From Octopus vulgaris (lineage: Eukaryota), in NCBI GenBank assembly GCA_951406725.2, contig OX597830.1, positions 36,332,001-36,396,000 of the forward strand: a stretch of DNA of 64,000 nucleotides, in the 5' to 3' direction. Under the pieces are notes generated by a model. The model was not told where the DNA came from and ran no database searches. It saw only the letters and a list, made by a program, of their open reading frames with translations. Positions 23,458 through 37,779 of this stretch are shown one piece after another. Position numbers and translations under genes: made by a program. Numbering within the stretch: position 1 is the stretch's first letter; each line of letters opens with the position of its first letter.

Positions 23458-23666
23458 TTCATGTGGATCTGCGTATGTGAGTAAATACATGTAAGTGTAC
23501 ACGCACACACAGTGGCACATAAGTATCGATGTAGGCATGTATGTATCGATGGTTGTTTGAGTGTATATATGTATATACGTATGTATGTATGTTTGTATGT
23601 TTTATATATATATATATATCATCTGAATTCCTTTCTTGTGACTTGAATTTCATGTCGAAGTCGATC

Positions 23667-23727
<61 letters not shown>

Positions 23728-23768
23728 TATGTATATAAGCATGTATGTATATATATATATATATATGC

Positions 23769-23805
<37 letters not shown>

Positions 23806-24069
23806 TGAATGTATACACATATGTATATATGTGTCTGTGTATTTATGTATGTATGCGTGTATGTGTATATGTATGTATGTTTGTATGAATGTATGTTTGT
23901 ACGCATGTATGTATGTATGTATGTGTGTGTATGTATGTATATGTATGTGTGTGTGCATAGGGTTCAAACAAAAACATATGTGAGTAAGTGTGTAATACAT
24001 AAGTTCGGGAGTATTTTCAGAAGGCAGGTAACTGAATGTGTTGATATTGAAAGAAACTATAAAGTTCAG

Positions 24070-24800
<731 letters not shown>

Positions 24801-25604
24801 TAAAAGACCACAACGCAGCCTTCGTTTCATTCTGATGATGAGACAGCAAAGGCCTTGGAAAGCTTACGGTCATAGGAATGCCATTATTTCGAATTAAATA
24901 TAAAGATTATAAGGAAATGCGAAAATCTATTTAATAAAGTAACATAGCTAAATACATCATAAGACATTGCACGAGCTGCTCTATCGATTTCGCCCCTCTA
25001 CCGTCCAACAATGCCAACAATATTGGATTTTTCATCAATCACCACTACCATTAATGTATCAATTATTACCACCATCAGGTCCATAGCTCAGAACTTATTA
25101 TTATGTTTGTGCATTTGAAATCAATTGGCAATTATTTTACAAAACATATAGCCAAAAGCTTTTTGCATCGTTTTAATAAATTACGCGATTGCACACAACC
25201 AAACGTCTCGATTGCTGTTCCAATTCAAACGGTCAGACCTATCATTTTCGAAAGGATGAGAAAGTCGGTGGACGACAAAATGGCGTTCGATGGAAACGGA
25301 ATGTATTTTTGAAAGTTTATGGGAGAGAATGGCGATGCGGTCTAATGTTTTATTTATATTGTTGATATTTAGGGATAGCCAGATTAAATTGGTGAATCTT
25401 CGTTGTCGATGTCACCGTCGTCGTCGTCATCCCCTTTGTCACATGTTTTATCAGAATACAGGAGACACTATTGACATCTTTAAATCGCATATATACATGT
25501 CTATATAGATAGATAGAAAGAGAGAGAGAGAGATACATATATATTTACACACGCGCATACACACACACACATATACAAGGAAACATGCATGCATATATAT
25601 ACAA

Positions 25605-25649
<45 letters not shown>

Positions 25650-25676
25650 AATATATATACACAAATATATACATAC

Positions 25677-25733
<57 letters not shown>

Positions 25734-25777
25734 CACGTACCGAAAGAGAGAGAAACACGTACAAAACGGGTTGTGTG

Positions 25778-25839
<62 letters not shown>

Positions 25840-26258
25840 CACACAACCCGTTTTGTACGTGTGTGTATGTGTGTGTATGTGTGTGTATGTATATATATAT
25901 ATATGTCTACATGTGTTTGCGTGTGGTGCGTGCGTGGGGGTGGGGCATGTGTTGTATACAGACATAGGGAAGCAGAAACCAAGGGTGACAGGGATAGAGC
26001 ATGATTGATGAGGTGTGTCTGCATAAATAAGCGAAAGATCATGCATGTATTTGTGAATGCCTCTCTCCACATTGATATATATATAACTCAGTGTTTGTGT
26101 GTGTGTGTGTGCATGCCGACAAGTTTGAGCGTATTTTCCGAAAGTACTTCCCGCCCTTCCTTCTGGCGCTGGAAGGGAAATCCATAAAAATATAAACATA
26201 CATAAGTACATAAATGCGTAGGTACGTATATATGTGAATGCATGTATTATGTATAAAT

Positions 26259-26368
<110 letters not shown>

Positions 26369-26377
26369 CCTGCTACT

Positions 26378-26708
26378 GATGGTACTCCGTCAGTTACGAC
26401 GATGAGTGCTCCAGTTGATGTGATCGATGGAACAGCCTTCTCTCGAAATTAACGTCTAAGTGGCTGAGCACTCGGTTGAGCACTCTACAAACAGCCGTAT
26501 CCTTAATGTAGTTCTCGGGGAAATTCAGAAAGACACAGAATATGGCAAGGCAGGCCCTTTGATATACGGGTGCAACTCATTTTTGCCAGCTGAATGGAGT
26601 GGAGATACAAGAAATAAAGTGTCTTGCTCAAGAACACAATGCACCACCGGGAATCGAACACAAGACCTTACAATCGTTAGCCGAACACCCTAGCCACTAA
26701 GCCACGTT
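26378..26708 (-). mobile_element. tRNA-derived SINE
   Basis: Minus-strand head CGTGGCTTAGTGGCTAGGGTG...GTTCGATTCCCGG; homologous to 54735-55223. Confidence 0.75.
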
Positions 26709-27427
26709 CCTAAATTTATTTTACGAAGTGGGTTTTTTTTTTCTTCATGGTTTTGTATGAAATCTTTGCAGTTGGTTTGTAAAAAATAAATTTCACAATT
26801 TGTATCTATCTTCTGGAAGAAGTGATACTAGAGAGAATTATTCTCATTTAATTCTAACAGGTGAACGTATTGACTTGTTCACCAAAAACTCGAAATTTTG
26901 ACCGCTAGGTTTATACATCTTCAGTCAGACGGTATTATATTTTTGCTTAGGATTAATGCATGCTATTTGAATGGTTATTTTAAGATTGTACAGTGCTATG
27001 GGTCGTGTTTTCTTTATCAATCCTCTATTTTTATTGAGAAATCCAAATAGATCGAATAGGTTGCTCACTAATATTTTCCTCCTCGTAGTTCTGCTAAGTG
27101 ATATAGTGCCTTGCAGCTGCACTTGTTATAGATGTACAGTGAACTGATAAGAAAGTTTCATGCTTTTATGGTTAATGTAACAGTTAGAGTCGTAATGTTT
27201 ACTACTCTAGGTGTTACACTCAAATTTGTCAAATTGCATTGGACATCCGCGTTTGGCTCACGTTCGCAGCTTTCTACGTTGCCATAACTGAAAACAAAGT
27301 TGTGCCTCGAGTCGACATAAGATATAGAGCAGATACATTCATGGACGATATACTCGTCGTAATGGACGCACTGAAAGCTGTTAGTAAGCCAAATGACAGC
27401 AATGATAAATTAATTAACTGACGGACT

Positions 27428-27820
27428 TTTCTACTCTAGGCACAAGGCCTGTAATTTCTGGGGAAGGGGCCAGTCGATTAGATCCACCCCAGTACGCAAC
27501 TGGTACTTAATCTATCGACCCCGAAAGGACGAAAGGCAAAGTTGACCTCGGCGGAATTTGAACTCAGAACGTAAAGACAGCCGAAATACCTATTTCTTTA
27601 CTACACACAAGGGGTCAAACACAGAGAGGACAAACAAGGACAGACAAACGGATTAAGTCGATTATATCGACCCCAGTGCGTAACTGGTACTTATTTAATC
27701 AACCCCGAAAGGATGAAAGGCAAAGTTGACCCCGGCGGAATTTGAGCTTAGAACGTAGCGACAGGCGAAATACCGCTAAACATTTCGCCCGGCGTGCTAA
27801 CGTTTCAGCCAGCTCTACCA
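27428..27820 (-). mobile_element. Dimeric SINE (Deu/Nin-like domain family) with TSD
   Basis: Two tandem ATC(G/A)ACCCCGAAAGGA(C/T)GAAAGGCAAAGT units; flanked by ATTAACTGA(C/T)GGACT. Confidence 0.75.
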
Positions 27821-28139
27821 TTTATTAACTGATGGACTGTTGAACCAATGAATGAACTGTGTGGTTGTTTGACCTGTTATAAATAACAACTAAATATCCC
27901 TTAAATGACAATCACACCGTATCATCTTTAAGAAACAAAGATACGTTTGATAATATGGTCCTACTTGAATTATACCTGGAAATAATATTAGATGGTTACA
28001 GCTGGATTGTCTTTCTTCATGCTCCTCCTCAACAAAGTTCGGTTTGGGACTAAACACAATAATTATATAAATGCATTTTATTTGTTTATCGATCTTAATT
28101 ATTATTTGGTTTGGTTTACCTACGTTTAAATGAAAGTAT

Positions 28140-28680
28140 TTTATAGTTCAGTTGATTGATTTCACAGTTTGACTTATTGATTTCACAGTTCAAATTATTG
28201 ATTTAATAGTTCAACTGATTGATTTTTAGAGTCCAGCTGACTGCTTTCACAATTCACCTGAGTCATTTCACAGTTCAAAGAAGTGATTTGATAGTTCAAA
28301 TTATTGATTTAATAATTCAAACGATTGATTTCAAGGTTCAACCGATTGATTTCATAGTTCAAATTATCGATTTCACATTTTGATTTTACAGTTCAAATGA
28401 ATGACTTCACAATTCAATTGATTGATTTCACAGTTCGATTAATTGATTTCATTGTTCGGCTAATTGATAGCTGATTGATTTCACGTACCAGTTGATTGAT
28501 TCCATAGTTCTATTGATTGATTTCACACTTCAACTATTTAATTTCACAGTGCTGTTGATTGATTTCATAGTTGAAATGATTGATTTCACAGTTCAAATTA
28601 TTGATTTTACAGATCAAATGATTGATTTCACAGTTCAGCTAAATGATTTCATAGTTCAACTCACTGATTTCACAACTTAA
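28140..28680. repeat. 21-bp minisatellite (consensus ~TTGATTTCACAGTTCAAATGA)
   Basis: About 25 diverged units; the IDFTVQL periodicity in ORF 28492 reflects it. Confidence 0.9.
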
Positions 28681-28851
28681 GTGACTCATTTCGCAGCCAT
28701 ATTTGCTTACTCGTTCTGTGCTGTCTGCGTTATCTAGTATGTCCCTTACTTATTTAAGACGGAAAGATGTGATATGAAGTGGCATTTAACAGAGTCTCTT
28801 ATTTTTTTGTTGACAAGTCAAGCAATGACATAGATATATTTTCTCTCACTT

Positions 28852-28948
<97 letters not shown>

Positions 28949-29458
28949 TTCGTACACATTTGCAGCTTTCTTCCAAGGAATCTAGTGCTCTTAGCTTAGT
29001 TTTTCCTTGGGGTTGGCCAGATTGGAGCAATCTCGAGTATAACCAGCCGAAATTGCAAAAATAATCTGGAACTCGACTAAGGAAAGAAAACTTCGAATGA
29101 CCCGTCCGTGTTTTTTTCTTTTTTGTATCATCTGTCTGGATGTTTTGTTGTCCTTTTTTGTATTCCTTTATGTGTGTGTGTGTGTGTATGTGTCTGTGTG
29201 TGTACCTATTTATCTGTCTATCGATCTGGTCAGTAATCTCTATCACTGTATCTTTCTCATTCTCTGTCTCTATCTATCACTCTATCTACCTTCTTATTTA
29301 TATCTCTCTGTCACTCTCTCTCTCACACTCTCATTCTCTCTCACTTTCTCTCACTCTTCTTCTCACTCTTTCACTCTATTTCTCACTCTCTCACTATAAC
29401 TCTCTCTCTCTCTCTTTCTCTATTTCTATCTCTCTCTTTCTCTCTCTCTCTATTTCTA

Positions 29459-29514
<56 letters not shown>

Positions 29515-30140
29515 GTATGATGCTGTCATTTGTCATTGTTGCATTGTTGTTATTATCACTTCTATTCTGCTCTACCGTCTCCTACTGCTTTTACTTCTTT
29601 GATTCTCAATTCATTTTTACATTTTTGCCGATGATGTTAGTATTGCTTGTAGTGACACCTCCTTCGCCCACTTCTATCCATCATATCCTTGCTACCGTTG
29701 CTTTCTTGCCTCATCAGCGCCTTTCACAACACCACTATAGGCAGAAACTACATCACCACAGATAACCTATGTTTCTTTTTACTACAAAACAATCGATACT
29801 TTACGCAGCTTTCAAATACTATTGACAACACTATTGTTACTGCAACAACGACGGGACCTCTACATCACAGACGGCAAATATTTTCTGCGTGTCGAAAAGT
29901 TAATTTCTCTAATAATTCTGATTTTTAGTGTCACTTATATGTATTTTAATTGTAGATAATTGCTCTTCATAACACAATTTTGCAAGTCAATTTGCTTTGA
30001 TGTTTTTTGTTTCAAAATCTATTACGTGTGATAAATGGCCTCAGTATGTCACGGCTAACGCGCATGCAACAGGTTCAACATAAATGCGCCACATACTAGT
30101 ACGACTTGTCAGAGATGCTAGTTAAATTTCCCTCAAAATA

Positions 30141-30706
30141 TTGGGTTGTCTGGCAAGTTCGTGCCGATTTTTAAAGGAAAGAAAAAGGTCAATAAATACT
30201 TGCCATTTCATTTTTAATCAACCTAATATGAACCATTTTGTTGGACAATGCGTCTCCATCTTTCCTTCAACTTGAAAATACTCTCTTCCCAGAATTGAGG
30301 TGGTTTCATGGCAAAGAATTCATCAAGGTATCTTTTTACGTCATCCAAGGAATTGAAGTTTTTACCATTAAGACTATTCTGCAGAGACCTGAATAAGTGG
30401 AAATCCGAAGGAGCAATATCTGGTGAATATGGAGGGTGGGGTAACACGTCCCAGCCAAGCTGTAGCAATTTTTGTCTGGTTCCCAAGGCATCAAGTGCCG
30501 AAAATGAACTTTCTCATCTTTTATTTTAAAGGGTTACAGAATTAACACAGGTTATAGAAACATAAATCTTTTTTCACGAAAAGATAGCTTAAACTGTGCT
30601 CTAAATGGAGGTGTAGTCAAATCCTATTTTCTGGACTCAGCCATGTTCTAAAAAAAGTTGATAGGTAACCTGCTATAAATCGACACGAACTTTCCGGACA
30701 ACCCAA
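30141..30706 (-). mobile_element. Internally deleted mariner (Tc1/mariner) DNA transposon
   Basis: TIRs TTGGGTTGTCTGGCAAGTTCGTGCCGATTT / AAATCGACACGAACTTTCCGGACAACCCAA with TA on both sides; transposase C-terminus LPHPPYSPDIAPSDFHLF (30223-30486). Confidence 0.93.
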
Positions 30707-31268
30707 TAGCACTCCGTGATTTAAAAAAAGAATATATGGAAGACTGTACAGAACATATTTTATCCCTTACTAGTTTCAGTCATTATACTGCAGCCATGCT
30801 GGGTCACCTCTTTGTGCATTATTCTTGAAAAGAAACTGGATGGTCATCGCTTGCATACATGTGATCATAGGCTTCCTCGACGAAGACTTACAACAGACAA
30901 AACACTCACAACAAAAACAACGACGAAGCCGACAGTTACACAACAACAACAAAACAAAAGCAACAATGGCGGCAACACTGTTGTGATATAGTACTCCAAA
31001 AATGTTCTTCAGGCGGCAATTTAAAAACGATTACTCTCCGACCAATATGGAGAAATGTTCGGAGTCCAGGTCATTTTCGGAGTTATTGACAAAGTCATAG
31101 CGTAAAAATATTAGCACGAATTTCCCAATTTTCGTCGCTCAAATATTAAAATGAATTACTCCACATTACGGAACTTTGTAATGGACGTCGTTTCAGGTCG
31201 GAATCTAATAATGATGATGGTGAGAGGAGGGGTTTGATAATGATGATGATGATGATGATGATGTCATC

Positions 31269-31316
<48 letters not shown>

Positions 31317-31517
31317 GTGATGATGGTGATGATGGTGGTGGTGGTGGTGGTGGTGGTGGTGGTGGTGGTGGTGGCGCTGCTGCTGCTACTGCTGCTGCTA
31401 CAGGGGTTAGTTTCCCCTCTTCATCAATAAATTATTATTGTTGTTGTTGTTGTTGCAGTTGTTTTTGTTGTTGCTGCTGTTGTTGTAGTTGTTATTATTA
31501 TGATGATTATTATTATC

Positions 31518-31592
<75 letters not shown>

Positions 31593-31788
31593 TACCATTT
31601 CTTGCATACTATTAATAACAATATGAAAATATATATAATAAAAAACGTGAGAAAAAAATAGCAAAGACGGAAGAAACAACGGGTGTGGTGTAGAAAGAAA
31701 GATAGAAAATAAAGGTTGTAAAAACAGAATGAAAATGATAAAAAGAAAGAAAATGATTGATAAAAAAAAAAACAGGACGTTATGGAGG

Positions 31789-31831
<43 letters not shown>

Positions 31832-32422
31832 ATGAAAGAAAAAAAGAAGCGAAAAGGGTTATGAGATAGATTGCTTTCAATGTTTAGGGCTGATTGAGTG
31901 GTGCAGACGACAGAAAAAAAATGGTCTAAAATGGCGGCAGCCGAAGCCAATGGAGACGTCACAAAGTTTCACACTAGAAATCAATGACTTGCATTGATTG
32001 CTGATCAAACGAATCGGCCTGCTTATATATTCCACATTAGTGTTGATCGATTGGTACAAAATATATGCTGACATGCATACATACACACACAGACCCACAT
32101 AAACACATACAGGAACACGTTCACTAACACACACACGCATACACATACACACATATAAATATACACACACATGTGCATAAATGCATACATGTAGAGATAT
32201 AATGATATACATATATAAATACTTTATATAGATATATGTATCTGCGTACATATGCATATATACATGTGTACACACTCATACATCTATATATATATATACA
32301 TGTATGTATATGTGTGTATATATATATGTATATTATGTATATGTGTGTATATATATATGTATATTATGTATATGTGTGTATATATATATATTGCGAGTGT
32401 GTGTATATACATATGTGTGTGT

Positions 32423-32480
<58 letters not shown>

Positions 32481-32716
32481 CATATACATATATGTACATA
32501 TATGCACATATATACAATATATATACATCTGTGCATGTATGTGTGTGTATATATATATAGATATATATGTATATATGTGCGTATGCGTGTATGTGCATAT
32601 ATAGAATTATATACTTTATATATGCATGTATATATATTTATACATGCATACTTATAGATACACACATACATATATATATGTATATATATATATTTATATA
32701 TATGTATGTATATATG

Positions 32717-32788
<72 letters not shown>

Positions 32789-33166
32789 CAGAATTGTGAA
32801 TGGTTATGTGCACATGTGAGAGATAGTGTGTCAGAGAGAGACAAACAGAGAGAGTAAGGAGTTAGTGTGCCTGAGGATGGTCGGGTGTACAGCGATGTGG
32901 GGGGGAAAGGCGAGAGAAAGGTCAGCAGCAGTGGGAATAATAACAACCACACTCTCATTCTCTTTATCTCTGCTCCCCTCTCTCTCCCTGTCTCCCTGTC
33001 TCTCTGTCTCTCTCTCTCTCTCTCTCGCTCTCTCACACTATATATATATATATATATATATCAAACTATCTTTCATGCTTTATGTATATTTGTTTCTATG
33101 TGATTCTGTGTGTATGTGCATGTGGGTATATATGAATGGATGTATGTGTGCACATCTATATATATC

Positions 33167-33199
<33 letters not shown>

Positions 33200-33388
33200 C
33201 ATGTATACATATATATATACATGTATATGTGTGTGTGTTTAGAGTATATATATATATATACACACATACATACATTCATACATACATAGACACATACATA
33301 TACATACATATGTTTATATATATATATGTATATATAAGCAAATATACGTAAATGTATGTGTAAGTATATATTTCGATGTATGTGTGTG

Positions 33389-33465
<77 letters not shown>

Positions 33466-33521
33466 TTCTCAAGCACAATCATGCATGCTGGCCTTCTCTC
33501 CTTTTTCCTCTCTCTCTCTCT

Positions 33522-33560
<39 letters not shown>

Positions 33561-33759
33561 AAATACATACACACGCACGCACACACACTGCTTTTCCCTT
33601 TCTCCATCTTTTTTCCTCTCCCTCTCCCTACCTCTCTCCCTCTCCCTACCTCTCTCCCTCCCCCTCTCACGCTTTTTTATTCCTATTTCTCAAATCTTGT
33701 CTCTTACAATTTCCCCTTTGTGTCTTTGTTTCGTGATTTATTAAACTGTTTGGCATTTG

Positions 33760-33764
33760 CTATG

Positions 33765-33796
<32 letters not shown>

Positions 33797-34650
33797 GCTG
33801 GTGCTGGTGGTGCTGGTGGTGCTGGTGATGGTGCTGGTGCTGGTGGTGGTGCTGGTGGTGCTGGTGGTGCTGGTGGTGCTGGTGACCTTGGTGGTGGTGC
33901 TGGTGGTGCTGATGGTGCTGGTAGTAGTAGTAGTAGTGGTGGTGGTGGTGGTGGTGGTAGTAGTGGTAGAGGAGGTGGAGGTGGTGGTGGAAGAGATTTT
34001 TTTTTGCGGTTGTTGCTTTTGTTGTTGGTTGTGACGGTATTTGTGATCATCGTGATCCGTTTGTCATTATTGTTCCTGGTAGAAATGCTGCTGCTGCTAC
34101 TACTGCTGCTGCTGCTACTGCTGCTGCTGCTGCTGCTGATGGTCAAGATGGTAGAATTGTTCTTGTTGTTATTGTTGATGCTCTTCATACAGTTCGTTAT
34201 CATTTCTGTACATGTCTTTTTTCCTCCATGATTGTATATCTGTGCACTTATCATTTCTATTATTGTTGTTGTTGTTGTTGTTGTTGCTGTTGCAATCGTT
34301 GCAATTATAGCAATTTCGACTGCAGTTGTTGCTATCTTTTCTTTGGTTCCTCTTGTTGTAGTTATTCTTGTTTGCTGCTGCAGCTGCTGTTGTTGTTGTT
34401 GTTGTTGTTGTTGTTGTAATTGTTATTGCTGCTACTGATGTTGTTGTTGCTATTTTTATTGTTGTTTTGTTGTAATTGTTGCTATTGTAGTTGATCTTGC
34501 TGTTACTGTTGTTGTAGTTGTTCTTGTTATTATTGCTACTGCTGCTGCTGTTCTTGTTGTTGCTGCAGTTGCTGTGATTGTTCTTGTTGTTGCTGTCATT
34601 GTTGTTTTATGTGTTTTTGTTGTTGTTGTTGTTGTAGTACTTGTTGTTGC
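33760..34650. repeat. Compound triplet microsatellites (GGT/GCT/GTT)n
   Basis: Read directly. Confidence 0.85.
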
Positions 34651-34679
34651 TAAGGTTGCTATCTTGGTTTTGGCTCTCT

Positions 34680-35082
34680 CTTTTACTCTTTCACTTGTTT
34701 CAGTCATTTGACTGCGGCCATGCTGGAGCACCGCCTTTCGTCGAGCAAATCGACCCCAGGACTTATTCTTTGTAAGCCTAGTACTTATTCTAGCGGTCTC
34801 TTTTGCCGAACCGCTAAGTTACGGGAACGTAAACACATCAGCATCGGTTATCAAGCGATGTTGGACGGGGGGGGACAAACACAGAAACACAAACATATAT
34901 ATAAACATATATACGACGAGCTTCTTTCAGTTTCCGTCCACCAAGTCCACTCACAAGGCTTTGGTCGGCCCGAGGCTATAGTAGAAGACATTTGCCCAAG
35001 GTGCGACGAAGTGAACCCGGAACCATGTGGACTGAACCCGGAACCATGTGGTTGGTAAGCAAACTACTTACCACACAGCCAC
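34680..35082 (-). mobile_element. tRNA-derived SINE (CR1-tail family)
   Basis: Reverse complement of the 55675-56100 family, including tail GCGGTGCTCCAGCATGGCCGCAGTCAAATGACTGAAACAAG. Confidence 0.85.
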
Positions 35083-35774
35083 CCCGGGCTGGTGACGTTT
35101 TTTGTTGCTATTGCCTCCTCTATCACTTTTTTGTCGTTGATATTGTAACATATTCGTTGACGTTGCTAATTGTCGTTATGTCATTACTTCTGTCGTTGTC
35201 GATGCAGTTTTCATTTCCCTCCTCCTGTTGCTATTTCTGATATCTTTGTTGTTTCTGTTGCAGTTATTTGTGTGGCTGTTGCTATTGTGATTTCTTTTTC
35301 GGCTGCATTTTGTTGTGACTGTTTTGGGTGTTAGTTTCATCCATTATCTTGTTATTATTGCTATTTCTGTGTTGTTGTTGTTATTGCTACTGTTGTTCAC
35401 ATTTTCCTTATCTTTGCTGATGTTGCTATTTTACTGAATTCTGTTGCTGTTGTTGTTGATAGTGCTGCTGCTGCTGATGGAATTGTTGTGATTGCTGCAG
35501 GTTTTAGCAAGAATGTTACGGTTTTGTCATTGTTGACGTTATCATCGTCGTCGTCGTTGTTGTTGTTGTTTTTGTTGTTGTCGTTTTTGTCGTTGTTTTG
35601 TTTTTGTTTTTGTTCTAGTTTTTAAAGGAATGTGTACAGAACTTGTCAAGACCGCCCAGTTTATCTGCTGCTGATGTGGATATTACTAATGCTGCTGACA
35701 CTACTGTTGTTGCTGCTGTAGATACTATTGCTGATACTGCTTGCTGCTGATATTGCTGTTGTTACTGCTGTCTT

Positions 35775-36313
35775 ATTCTTCTTCCAGTCAGGACTCATGC
35801 CATTAGCCACAAAGAATAATCTCTAATTTGAGCCTACTCTAAGCTACTAAGAATGCGTGTGGCAACTTGAAGATCCACCCACCACGCGCGATAGACTGGT
35901 GGTTGCACGGGTGCGAAAGCTACGCTGTTATCTTCATTCCGTAAACGGCGGCTCTTTTAACGGGTGGAGAGCTGAACCATCCTGGGGTACAGAGGATTCG
36001 CAATCTAGACTAGGGTCTCAAAGTTTACCACACCATGGTGGGTTACACCATGGTGGGTTACACCATGGTGGGTTACACCATGGTGGGTTACACCATGGTG
36101 GGTTACACCATGGTTCCTCTGCTTTGTGGCAGAAGTAGGAAGAAAGAGTGAGAGAAAGTTGTGGTGAAAGAGTACAACGGGGGTGACCACCCCCACGTCG
36201 GAGATCGTGGAGCTTAGGTGTTTTTGCTCAATAAACACTCACAATGCCCGGTCTGGGAATCGAAACCGCGTTCTTACGACCGCCAGTCTGCTGCCCTAAC
36301 CACTGGCCCATTG
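35775..36313 (-). mobile_element. Long tRNA-derived SINE with an internal 15-bp tandem array
   Basis: Head CAATGGGCCAGTGGTTAGGGCAGC...GTTTCGATTCCCAGACCGGGC matches 58185; (CACCATGGTGGGTTA)x5.5 at 36031-36114. The 3' boundary is approximate. Confidence 0.7.
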
Positions 36314-36750
36314 CTGCTGTTGCTGGCAGTATTATTTATTCTATTAACGAGCCGGAAGAGCTAAAAGGACTAAGTAAAGCCCTACAGAGAACGGACGAAA
36401 ATACACAGTGAAGTCTCTGGTTCGGTGCTGACGTTTCGTTCTCTTTAGTTGCTCTTTTTCTTCAAATCCCGGTTCAACCTCAATTGAGTAGACCTATAAC
36501 CAAAAACATTTTTGCCATAACCATCCTTCCATCTCGAACATAACTTATCAAGAACTAAAATACTCAATGGGACCTTTTGAACAGATTATTTGTGTAATTT
36601 AAGAGGAATTTGTCTGCTTTTCTACTTAGAGACACACACAACCCCTGCCTATCAGCCCATCTATCTAACGTTGCTGTTGTTGTTCTTAGTGACATTTATG
36701 AAGACCAATATAGTAGCAGATTCGTCAGAACATCGGACAAATTGTTTTAG

Positions 36751-36931
36751 TTCTGTATTTGAGAGATGAGGGATTATGTACATTATTTACATTATTTACA
36801 TTTGACGGATAATTCTCCTCATCTTGTTTGTTGTTAACACAACGTTTCGGCTGATGTACTCTCCAGTCTTCATCGGGTGTCCTGGGGGAATTTCGAATTC
36901 CTAAAGTATTTTTCCGATGTTGTTGTTGTTG

Positions 36932-37000
<69 letters not shown>

Positions 37001-37169
37001 TCACTGCCTGGAATGAACTTAGAATATTGGGGTTAGTAGCCTGCGCTCTTAACTGCTACGCCATATGTCTGCCGCGGGCACCTGATGAAGGCTGGCGATT
37101 ACATCAGCCGAAACGTTGTGTTAACAACAAACAAGATGAGGACAAATATCCATCAAATGTAAATATTGT
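36751..37169. mobile_element. tRNA-headed, hammerhead-bearing SINE-like element, inverted dimer, copy 1
   Basis: Minus unit: tRNA head (37070-36995), (AAT)n, hammerhead (36881-36836), tail. Plus inverted arm 37077-37169 with a hammerhead. TSD AAATTGTTTTAG at 36739-36750 and 37170-37181. Confidence 0.85.
37077..37122 (+). ncRNA. Penelope-type minimal hammerhead ribozyme
   Basis: GGCAC-CTGATGA-A-GGCTG...CAGCC-GAAA-CGTT-GTGTT; palindromic ACGT stem III. Confidence 0.8.
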
Positions 37170-37554
37170 AAATTGTTTTAGGTCTGGGCTCAGATCCTGC
37201 TGAGGCTAACTTTGCTTTTCATCCCTCCAGCAGCCGATAAAATAGATATCATTTAAGTACCAGTTCGATGGCATCATCTGATCCCCTTCTCCAAATTTCT
37301 GATTTTGTGTCTATGTCAAAAACAATTGTTATAAAGGTGAGTGATTGGCGGTATCGTTAGAGCATCAAGAAAAACATGCTTCAAATAATTTGTTTTGACT
37401 CTTATACGTTGTGAGTTCAGTTCTCGATAAGGTTAACTTTACTTTTCTTCCTTTCCAAATCGATAAAACGCTATTCAGGTGCTAGTGCCGAGGGTACCGA
37501 CAAACTACCGTCTTAACAAATTGTTGACTGTGTGCCGTTGTTATTATTGTTTTA

Positions 37555-37772
37555 CAAGGTGGCGAGCTGGCAGAAACGTTAGCACGCCGGGCAAAATGCT
37601 TAGCGGTATTTCGTCTGTCTTTACGTTCTGAGTTCAAATTCCACTGAAGTCGACTTTGCCTTTCGTCCTTTCGAGGTCGATAAATTAAGTACCAGTTGCG
37701 TACTGAGGTCAAGCTAATCGACTGGCCCCCTCCCCAAAAATTTCGGGCCTTCTGTCTAGAGTAGAAAAGATT
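37555..37772 (+). mobile_element. SINE (Deu/Nin-like domain family)
   Basis: GGCGAGCTGGCAGAAACGTTAGC...GAGTTCAAATTCC...CCTTTCGAGGTCGATAAATTAAGTACCAG...CTAGAGTAGAAAAG. Confidence 0.82.
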
Positions 37773-37779
37773 ATTATTG

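Noticed and set aside
26860-27130. Possible small exon after TTCTAACAG, and minus-strand ORF 26925-27122
   Set aside because: No homology cue or partner exons; splice-like motifs are expected by chance.
33760-34254. Proline-rich formin/extensin-like ORF
   Set aside because: Arises from (GGT/GCT)n repeats open in several frames.
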